NCBI GenBank assembly: GCA_965243135.1
Contig: OZ251539.1
Location: 5,760,001-5,824,000 of the forward strand
Length of the DNA stretch: 64,000 bases
Reading direction: 5' to 3'
Source: Alphaproteobacteria bacterium
GTDB lineage: Bacteria > Pseudomonadota > Alphaproteobacteria > MPNO01 > UBA830
The position numbers were made by a program, and so were the translations under genes. Below the pieces are notes generated by a model. The model had not been told where the DNA came from and searched no databases. It worked only from the letters and a program-made list of their open reading frames with translations. Shown here in pieces: positions 11,116 to 18,796 of this stretch. Each line of letters opens with the position of its first letter. The first letter of the stretch is position 1.

Positions 11116-11988
11116 CTATTCATTGAGGAGCCGCCTCCAGTCCCGGCGCAGGGGTTTCAGCCAGATGTCCTTGACCGGGAGAGCGCGTTCTTTCCGGGTA
11201 TCGAGCTTGCCGCGGCCCTGCGTTTTGCCGACCTTGGTCCAGTTGGCGGCCCGGTAGCAGGTTCCTTCGAAGCGCGTGCTCTCGCAGAAGGTCTCCATCA
11301 GGGCCGGGCGCAACGCGTAGCGGCCTTCCCAATCGTCGGGCAGGCGACATTCAACCATGGCAAGGATGCAGGACGCGAGGTTTTTGATCCGGACCCACGG
11401 CAAGATCAGGAACCTTGCATTGTTGACCACGAGAGGCAGGTTGCGGCGGCGGGTCTCGGGATCCCACCCGACAAGCTTGTCCCGCGGCGCGATCTTCCAG
11501 GCCGCGGCGCCGAAGCCGAGGACGGCGAGGGGTTCGCCTCCGGCGGCCCGAACGAAGTATCGCATCTGCGCGCCGGGCAGCGTCGAATAGCCGAGATAGT
11601 GGTAGCGAGCGACGAACTCGTTCCAGAGGCGGCCTTCGCCCGCGTTCCGGACGGGCTCAACGGCGACGGGTTGGATATCGGCGAGACGCTCGGGGGTCGG
11701 GAACGGGGGCCTGTCGGTCGCGGGACCGGGCACGAGCGGACGGCGGACGACCGGCGCGCGCCTTGGCGGCGGCAAGACGATCACGCCGTCGCGATGCATG
11801 CGCAACATGGCGACGCGCGCGCTCATATCCTTTAGGCCGCCGTCGGGCTTGCGCCAGTCGAGGCGGCGGCAGACCTCCCGCGACAGCGCCCGGCGGTGGA
11901 GGCCGCCCCTCGCGATCAGGCCGCGGATCATGTCGACCTCGTCCTCGGAGAAGTCGCGCCCGCAGTAGCGGCGGGGGCTGCCGCTCAC
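11116..11988 (-). CDS. DUF4338 (DruA-like) domain protein inside the IS
   Basis: LSREVCRRLDW, YHYLGY, VVNNARFLILPWV, GTCYRAANW; GTGA overlap with the tnpC stop. Confidence 0.82.
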   Translation of the reverse strand: MSGSPRRYCGRDFSEDEVDMIRGLIARGGLHRRALSREVCRRLDWRKPDGGLKDMSARVAMLRMHRDGVIVLPPPRRAPVVRRPLVPGPATDRPPFPTPERLADIQPVAVEPVRNAGEGRLWNEFVARYHYLGYSTLPGAQMRYFVRAAGGEPLAVLGFGAAAWKIAPRDKLVGWDPETRRRNLPLVVNNARFLILPWVRIKNLASCILAMVECRLPDDWEGRYALRPALMETFCESTRFEGTCYRAANWTKVGKTQGRGKLDTRKERALPVKDIWLKPLRRDWRRLLNE

Positions 11989-13631
11989 GGTCCTTGGGGG
12001 AGAGCGGGACGCCAGGAGCGGAGACGCTCCTCGCCTGCGCCCCACGGCAGCCAGGCAGCAGGGCCTTCGGGCGGCGGACCGCGATGCCGGGCGCAGGCAT
12101 CGAGATAACCGAGTAGCCAGCGGTACGGCGAGACGCCGGCCATCTCGAGCGTGCCGAAGATGGAATAGAGCATGCCCGCCAACTGCGCTCCGTCCACGCT
12201 ATGCGACCCGAACGAGAGCTTCCGGCCGATCGCGAGGCCGCGCAGGCCGCGTTCGGCGGGGTTGTTGTCCATGGGAACGTCTGCGTTGTCGACGAACACT
12301 GTCAGGCCGTCGCGGTGGCGTAGCAGGGAGTCCAGAGGGCCGCGTTGCGCCGCGCTCTCCGGAAGCGCGTCCCGTGCCTTTTTCGCCGCCGCGAAGAACG
12401 CTCCGGCGAATCTCGCGAGCCGCCGCTGGGCGGCGGCGTTGCCCGGACACGCCAGACGCCTGGCGTTGAGTCGGTACAATGCCGCAATGTGACGAAGCCA
12501 TTTTTGGGCGAACTTCGCGAGGTTCGGGTAGCCGGTCTCAAGGTTGATGAAGTCCCGTCTGGCATGGACCCAACAATATGAAAGGACGATGCACCCTTCC
12601 ATGACGCGCGCCAGCTTCCGGTAGGCGGAGTAGCGGTCGCAGACCAGGTGAGCCGCCTGTTCGGGCGAGCCGAGCCCCCTGAACAGTTCAAGGGCGGCTT
12701 CCGCGCTGCGCGACGGCAGAATAACGATGCGAACCGCGTCCGCCGACCGGGCGATCCATGCCCAGGCGCGAGCGTTGCCGCCGTCTTCTTCGCCCAACTC
12801 CCGTATCCACCACCCTGTTTCGTCGCCGTGAACGACCGGCGCCTCCGACAGGCGCCGGGAGATCTCATCGTCGAGCGGCTCGAACAGTCGCAGGAATCCC
12901 CGCTGAGCGTCCGCCAACGTGCCGGGCGCAATGGCAAGCCCGTGCTGACCCAGCGCGCGGCAGACCGAGCGCAACGGACGGTGCAGGCCGTACCTCTCCG
13001 CCAGGACGTACGCCCAGACGGAAACTCCGTACCGAGTGTTCGGAAACAGCCGCGCCGGAGCCGGGCCGACGGCCTCCTTTTCCGGTCGGCAGGTACAGGT
13101 CGGGCGCAGCCGCTTCCGTCGAATCCTCCGGACATAGGTGACGGTCCTGGTCTCGATGAGATCCGTGTCCTTCCAACCGTTCGAGACCCAGGCCTTGCCG
13201 CAGTCCGGACACGTGCGCTCGTCCGGAAGCGACTCCTCCTCGCGAACGGGCAGCTCGGGGTGCGGCGTGCGGCCGTGCGACGGCGTTCCCTGACTGCGCC
13301 CCCGGCGTCGACCGGTTGCCGTAGGCTGCCGCTCGCTGCGGCGCCCGAACAACTCCCGGGCAAACCTGCGGCTGCGGGACTTCAGACTCTCGTTCTCTGC
13401 CGTCTCTCGGGGCGGCGCCTCGCGTCTCTTTTTCAGGATTCTAATCAGCGCCATCGCCCGGTGGAAAGCTCCCTGCCACCTCTCGGCGTCGCGGCGAAAC
13501 TTCTCCGCTTTATCGAGTGCGCTTTCCAGCGCCTGGCAGAGAGCCGCATTCGCTCGGCATGCCGCAGCCAGAGCTTGGCCGTCGCCCGACAGCTCGGTCC
13601 CGGAAAGCGTGCGTGCAGATTCGACCGCCAT
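11985..13631 (-). CDS. tnpC: IS66-family transposase TnpC
   Basis: LFGRRSE, CPDCG zinc finger, VHGDETGW, VCDRYSAY, CWVHARRDF, DNNPAERGLR motifs. Confidence 0.92.
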   Translation of the reverse strand: MAVESARTLSGTELSGDGQALAAACRANAALCQALESALDKAEKFRRDAERWQGAFHRAMALIRILKKRREAPPRETAENESLKSRSRRFARELFGRRSERQPTATGRRRGRSQGTPSHGRTPHPELPVREEESLPDERTCPDCGKAWVSNGWKDTDLIETRTVTYVRRIRRKRLRPTCTCRPEKEAVGPAPARLFPNTRYGVSVWAYVLAERYGLHRPLRSVCRALGQHGLAIAPGTLADAQRGFLRLFEPLDDEISRRLSEAPVVHGDETGWWIRELGEEDGGNARAWAWIARSADAVRIVILPSRSAEAALELFRGLGSPEQAAHLVCDRYSAYRKLARVMEGCIVLSYCWVHARRDFINLETGYPNLAKFAQKWLRHIAALYRLNARRLACPGNAAAQRRLARFAGAFFAAAKKARDALPESAAQRGPLDSLLRHRDGLTVFVDNADVPMDNNPAERGLRGLAIGRKLSFGSHSVDGAQLAGMLYSIFGTLEMAGVSPYRWLLGYLDACARHRGPPPEGPAAWLPWGAGEERLRSWRPALPQGP

Positions 13632-14370
13632 GGCAGCCGTATACAAGAACAAAAGAAGAGTGTCCAGGCCTGGGCGATTCGCCTGGCTCGACAGCCCGCT
13701 TCGCAACCGAACGCTTACTCTCCGGGACTTCGCGAGAAACCTGTTGCCGGGTGCCAACCAGAGGGGCGGCGTAGGCCGCGGCAGTACCCGAAACGAACGC
13801 GCCCTCCCGGTCAAGGACGTCTGGTTGAAGCCCCTGCCTGGAGGCAGGCCTCAACGTCGCCACCCCACGACCGAACGCTTACGATAATGTTAACTGGTTG
13901 TCTGCCAAGCTTGCCGATTTTGACCCTGTATGCATTCACGGCAGTTTGCCCATGCATAGGCGAAACCAGGCAGTGCAGTCCTTTACGAACTCATCCAATC
14001 TAGTGCTCATCGCGACACCCGGTGCCGCCAAGGAAGGCCTTACGCTCACTGTCGCGAACCACGCCATCTTTTTTGATCGCGGTTTCGGTCTAGATGACTA
14101 CCTTCAGGCGCAGGACCGTATTCATCGGATCTCTCAGACACGCGAGTGTTTCATACATAATCTTATCGCCAAAGAAACCATCGACGAATGGGTCGACGTT
14201 CTGCTCACGGCCAAGTATCGTGCCGCGCAACTTGCCCAAGGTGATATAGACGCCGTAGTTTTCCGCGACTTGTTCCGTACGGATGTTTCCGAGGTGCTCC
14301 AAGCCATTTTGTTTCCGGATCGAACCATCTCCCCTCATCAACCTTATGAAAAATCCGAGGCCACGAACCG

Positions 14371-15384
14371 ATGACGTCTGACGAGACCACCTTCGCCATA
14401 ATGGAGCAGGATATTCCTGCACGGTACGAGCTGATACACATCGATCAACTCCGTTTCCTACCCGACAATCCCCGCGTGTACGCTGCCATTCGAGAAATGT
14501 CGGATTTCGCAACCCTCACCCCCGATGAGATGCAGCATCGTATTTACCAGCGTTTGCTTCAGGAGCCAAGCGTCAAGAACCTCATACCTGAGATCCAACG
14601 AGACGGTGGACTACAAGAACCGATCATCGTTCGCTGGGACACTCAGGAAGTGATCGAAGGCAACTCCCGTTTAGCTGCCTATCGCAAGCTCCGTGAAAAC
14701 AACGATGACGATCGGTGGACGCTTATTCGCTGCCTTGTCGTCTCAACCTTTACGGATGATCAACAGATACGCCTGCTTGGTCAGACACATCTGCATGGAA
14801 AGACTGAGTGGTCCCCTTACGCTAAGGCGCTGTTTTGCTTCCGCTGGGTAAACGAGGAGCAGAAAGACATCCCTACTTTAGCGAAATTATCCGGATTTTC
14901 GCAAGCCGAAATCAAGAAAAATATCGGAATCATCGAGCTCATGCAGGAGAACGATGATAACACCCTGTCCAACTTTAGCTACTATAATGTCCTCATTCGA
15001 AGCAGTGCTATATCGTCCGAATTGAAAGATAATGAACCACTGAGAGACACATTGTTGTCTCAAATCAAAACTGAGGAATTCACAGCTCAAGAGTTGCGAA
15101 AACGCTTGCCTATAATTATCAAAAAGCCTAAAATTTTGCGAAAATACACAAAAGGTCAAATATCCCTTGAAAATGCCTATGATCGTGCGAAAGTCAGTGG
15201 TGCTCAGCAGCAACTAAATAAGATCCGTGACGACTTAGAAGAAATCGAGCTGGACGATATTGCGCCCTTGGAACACAACGAACTCATTGCCGTAAAATTA
15301 GTTGTCAAGCGCGTAGGCCAAAGCCTGAAACGTGTTTCCAACATGATCGATTCTCAACTCACCGATAACTCTACCGACCTATAG
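14371..15384 (+). CDS. ParB/Srx-like N-terminal domain protein (paralog 2)
   Basis: ATGA overlap with the helicase stop; DNPRVY...IQRDGGLQEPIIV...IEGNSRL; HLHGKTEWSPYAKA. Confidence 0.78.
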   Translation: MTSDETTFAIMEQDIPARYELIHIDQLRFLPDNPRVYAAIREMSDFATLTPDEMQHRIYQRLLQEPSVKNLIPEIQRDGGLQEPIIVRWDTQEVIEGNSRLAAYRKLRENNDDDRWTLIRCLVVSTFTDDQQIRLLGQTHLHGKTEWSPYAKALFCFRWVNEEQKDIPTLAKLSGFSQAEIKKNIGIIELMQENDDNTLSNFSYYNVLIRSSAISSELKDNEPLRDTLLSQIKTEEFTAQELRKRLPIIIKKPKILRKYTKGQISLENAYDRAKVSGAQQQLNKIRDDLEEIELDDIAPLEHNELIAVKLVVKRVGQSLKRVSNMIDSQLTDNSTDL

Positions 15385-15401
15385 ATTGACGGCAGAATCC
15401 A

Positions 15402-17045
15402 ATGAGCAAAAAAAACGTTCTGCTCGTCGAACCGGGTTATCCGAACAAATACCCCCCGCTTGGCTTGATGAAGATTGCGGCCTATCACGGTCCGCGCGGC
15501 CGTAACGATAACCTCTGCTTCGTAAAAGGCGAGACTCCTGAAGTCCTTGCACATGTCTGGGACCGCGTATATGTAACCACTCTCTTCAGTTTCGAGTGGA
15601 AGCGAACGTCCGCTGCCATCGATTTTGCGTTGCGGGCCGTGCGCGGTCAGGCGGAGCGGATTTTCGTCGGCGGGATAGCGGCCACATTGATGTTCGACGA
15701 GTTTGTTCTTGAGCCGCGCTGGGCGGGGATACGCTTCATCAAGGGCCTTCTCGACCAGCCGCCCGCGCTTGCCCTCCGGCTTTCCGGCGAGGATGGCGAT
15801 TTCGGTGCTGACGATAACGGCACGCCTATTGAGGAACTGGTTCCCGATTACAACATTCTTGATCAGATTGCCTATAAGTATCCTGTTCGTAACGCCTATT
15901 TCGGATACGCAACTCGAGGCTGCATCCGCAAGTGTACTTTCTGCGGCGTTCCAAAGTTGGAGGGCACCCAGCGCGAGATGCCTCCGATCACTAGCCTCAT
16001 CGCCGGCGTAGACGAACAGTTTGGTCCGAAGAAGGATCTCATCCTTATGGACAACAACGTCGCTGCCAGTTCACGATACAAAGAGGTGATCGCCGAGATT
16101 CGAGATCTCGGTTTCCAGAGCGGCGCTCTGTTCGAAAGATCGGGTTCGCCGCCCGTAAAACGACGCGTCGACTTTAACCAAGGGGTTGATGCCCGCATCC
16201 TCTCGAAGACGCCCATGTACCTTAAGGAGATGGCGAGAATTTGCGTAGACCCTCTGCGCATCGCTTTTGATCACATAGGTATGCGTCGGGCTTACGAGCG
16301 CGCCGTGCATATGGCGGCCGACTATGGGCTAAGGTCGCTGTCGAACTACATGCTCTATAACTTTATGGATACGCCGAGCGATCTCTACCAGCGGATGAAA
16401 ATAAACATCGAACTCAACGAACGCCTCGGCGTCCGAATCTGGTCTTTCCCAATGCGGTACCTGCCCGTCACGATGAAGAATCGGTCACACGTCGGCAAGA
16501 ACTGGAACCGCTACTACCTTAGATCTTTCCAGATAATACTCCAAGCCACGCACGGCGTCGTGTCAGGCAGCAACGACTTCTTTCTTAGGGCCTTTGGGAA
16601 GGGAGAAGAAGAATTCGAGCAACTTCTTGCGCTGCCACACGCTTTCATTTTCCAGCGGGACTTTTACGAACACGGGGCAGGCAGAGAGATTCTCGACGAG
16701 TACCTTGCTCTGCTGCGGCGCGCCACGAAAGCACAACGTACCGAACTCATCGGCCTGCTCAGCGAAACCCTACTCGCCCGACCTCGCTACCAAGCGTTTC
16801 TTCGCCTACTCTCTGACAGATCTACAGACCAGCTCGTCCGAGAACTCGCACGTTTCCACGCGATTGACACGAAAGCTGCAAAAGTTACTGACATCGCCCA
16901 AGTCTTCCCCGAGCTCGCGCCTGATCACATGTTTCAAGAATCTGATGCGCTCGTCGAAGACGCCGGGCTCTACGAGCCGCCTGAGCCGGCAACCGAATTC
17001 ATCCCCGCCACCTCGCTGACAGCGGATCGTGCCGATGTCCGGTGA
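15402..17045 (+). CDS. Radical SAM protein with cobalamin-binding-like N-terminus
   Basis: VLLVEP...YPPLGLMKIA N-terminus; TRGCIRKCTFC (CxxxCxxC); LMDNN, DFNQGVDAR, RIAFD, YMLYNF and FPMRY motifs. Confidence 0.85.
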   Translation: MSKKNVLLVEPGYPNKYPPLGLMKIAAYHGPRGRNDNLCFVKGETPEVLAHVWDRVYVTTLFSFEWKRTSAAIDFALRAVRGQAERIFVGGIAATLMFDEFVLEPRWAGIRFIKGLLDQPPALALRLSGEDGDFGADDNGTPIEELVPDYNILDQIAYKYPVRNAYFGYATRGCIRKCTFCGVPKLEGTQREMPPITSLIAGVDEQFGPKKDLILMDNNVAASSRYKEVIAEIRDLGFQSGALFERSGSPPVKRRVDFNQGVDARILSKTPMYLKEMARICVDPLRIAFDHIGMRRAYERAVHMAADYGLRSLSNYMLYNFMDTPSDLYQRMKINIELNERLGVRIWSFPMRYLPVTMKNRSHVGKNWNRYYLRSFQIILQATHGVVSGSNDFFLRAFGKGEEEFEQLLALPHAFIFQRDFYEHGAGREILDEYLALLRRATKAQRTELIGLLSETLLARPRYQAFLRLLSDRSTDQLVRELARFHAIDTKAAKVTDIAQVFPELAPDHMFQESDALVEDAGLYEPPEPATEFIPATSLTADRADVR

Positions 17046-18528
17046 CATTCTCGTCGGCGGGGACATACTCCGCCTCGTAACGGTCGGCATGTACGACAAT
17101 CCACTCGTCATCTATCGCGAATACCTACAGAATGCAGCCGATTCCTGCGCCTCTCTCGGAGATGGTTGTGGCTCGGTGAGCATCACTATCGATCCAGTCG
17201 AGTCGCAGGTTATTATCATGGACGATGGGGCAGGGCTTTCGCCAGTTGACGCCGTCCATCGCCTAGTCCACATCGGCAATAGCACCAAAGTCCCTGGTGT
17301 TGATCGCGGGTTACGTGGTATCGGTCGACTATCGGCCCTCGCCTTCGCTGAAAATGTCCACTTCACGACGCGTACGCACGCCTCGGAACCCGTGACTCGG
17401 GTTTCTTGGAGCGGCCGCGCATTGCGCGAGCTTGGTGTCGCTCACGTTGACGCCAGGACCGTGATCGAAGCCTGTACAACCGTCCAGTCCCTCCCGGATG
17501 ACGACTGGCCAGACCGCTTCTTCCAAGTCACCGTCGACAGGGTGACCCGACACGCCGCTTCGACCATCCTCAACCAAGACACCGTTAGAAGCTACATTGG
17601 CGAAGTTTGCCCAGTTCCCTTGGCTTCCTCCTTCCCGCTTGCATGCGAGATTCGGGACTTTCTTGTAGCCCACACGAACTATTTGGTGCTCGACGTTCGA
17701 CTCAACGGAGACCACGCGCCGATCGTTCGGCCTTTCGGACAGGCTATCCCCCTAACGGAAGACTATTCGGCCGTATTCGAGCGGTTGGAAACATGTGTGG
17801 TTCCTCAACTCGACCAAGACCGCCCTGCAGCTGTTCTGTGGCTCGCCCACACACCCTATGTCGGCTCCATTTCGCGACGACTGGCCATCCGCGGGCTTCG
17901 CGCACGTGCCGGGAACATCCAGATAGGCTCGGACGACATCTTCGAACACCTCTTTCACGAAACGCGGTTCAACGGTTGGTGTGTCGGCGAGGTCCATATA
18001 ATCGACAGCCGCATAGTCCCGAACGGTCGGCGCGACTATTTCGAGTTCGGCCCTCATCTCCGCAATCTTGAGAACCACATCGGTGCGATCGCCCAAAAAA
18101 TCAGCGCCGAGTGCCGTCGTGCTTCGTCCCAGCGAAACAAGCTCAGCACCGTAAGAGCGGCCATCAATCAGATCAAACGCGCCCGCGACCTAGCCGGATA
18201 CCTCCGTGCGGAAGACGCAGCCGGACTGCTTGAGCGTGAGCGCGAGCGCCTCTCCCAGATCAGACAAACCATCCAACAGATCCAAAGCGCGACCTCGCAC
18301 TCCGACTTGGATGAACTCGATCTCTGTGAGAGGCAATTAGACGCTGTCGATCTCAATGGCGAACCGCCGCTGACCGGTGTCCCATCACATTCCGCCCATA
18401 CTCTCCTAGCGGCTTTCGGTGCGCTCGCCGACTCGATGCCTCCGGATGCCGCATTGAACATGATTGAGACCATTCTCCGCCGACTGTCCGGCGAAGTGGT
18501 GAACCCCAATACCGTCAATAGGCTTTGA
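17035..18528 (+). CDS. GHKL (HSP90/MORC-like) ATPase
   Basis: IYREYLQNAADS (N box), DDGAGLS (G1), GLRGIGRLS (G2); coiled-coil-like C-terminus. Confidence 0.82.
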   Translation: MSGDILVGGDILRLVTVGMYDNPLVIYREYLQNAADSCASLGDGCGSVSITIDPVESQVIIMDDGAGLSPVDAVHRLVHIGNSTKVPGVDRGLRGIGRLSALAFAENVHFTTRTHASEPVTRVSWSGRALRELGVAHVDARTVIEACTTVQSLPDDDWPDRFFQVTVDRVTRHAASTILNQDTVRSYIGEVCPVPLASSFPLACEIRDFLVAHTNYLVLDVRLNGDHAPIVRPFGQAIPLTEDYSAVFERLETCVVPQLDQDRPAAVLWLAHTPYVGSISRRLAIRGLRARAGNIQIGSDDIFEHLFHETRFNGWCVGEVHIIDSRIVPNGRRDYFEFGPHLRNLENHIGAIAQKISAECRRASSQRNKLSTVRAAINQIKRARDLAGYLRAEDAAGLLERERERLSQIRQTIQQIQSATSHSDLDELDLCERQLDAVDLNGEPPLTGVPSHSAHTLLAAFGALADSMPPDAALNMIETILRRLSGEVVNPNTVNRL

Positions 18529-18796
18529 ATTTTGCCTCCAAGATGGGGGCTGATTTGTTTTGCTGTCGTGCGTCAGCGCCGTCACGGTTTTCTCGCCGGG
18601 TCGCCGCCGTCTTCGGCCGGGCGCGGGCGACAGGCGGCAAGGGCGCCTCACGGCCAGGACGGGCCCCGGCCCGGAGCGCCCGTTCCGCGAAACGTCGCCC
18701 GAAGCGCGACGGCTCCTCGCCGTTCGCGCCTCGCGTCGTCTCGACTCCGCGGCGGCGATTCTGCATTCTGCCGAACGCGGACGGAAAGGGGCAGGC

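Larger units (their letters stand above)
11089..13882 (-). mobile_element. IS66-family element (2794 bp) with TnpC and DUF4338 genes
   Basis: Perfect 22-bp TIRs GTAAGCGTTCGGTCGTGGGGTG (11089-11110 / 13861-13882); 8-bp TSD GATAATGT (11081-11088 / 13883-13890). Confidence 0.95.
10070..14374 (+). pseudogene. SNF2-family helicase split by an IS66 element (500 aa when reconstructed)
   Basis: N part 10070-11088: EQGLGKT, ILDESQKIKN, MTGTPAAN. C part 13891-14374: EGLTLT, QAQDRIHRISQ. Removing the element plus one TSD restores the frame (...WTGFVDNVNWLSAKL...). Confidence 0.9.

Noticed and set aside
11116-11988. Druantia system based on the DUF4338 gene
   Set aside because: The gene lies inside IS boundaries and no DruB-E genes are recognisable.
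8603-15384. Plasmid or chromosome partition locus
   Set aside because: No ParA or replication gene and no parS array seen; the context is helicase/nuclease.
8400-18560. Prophage or integrative element with att sites
   Set aside because: No integrase, tRNA or exact flanking direct repeat found; only degenerate repeats.
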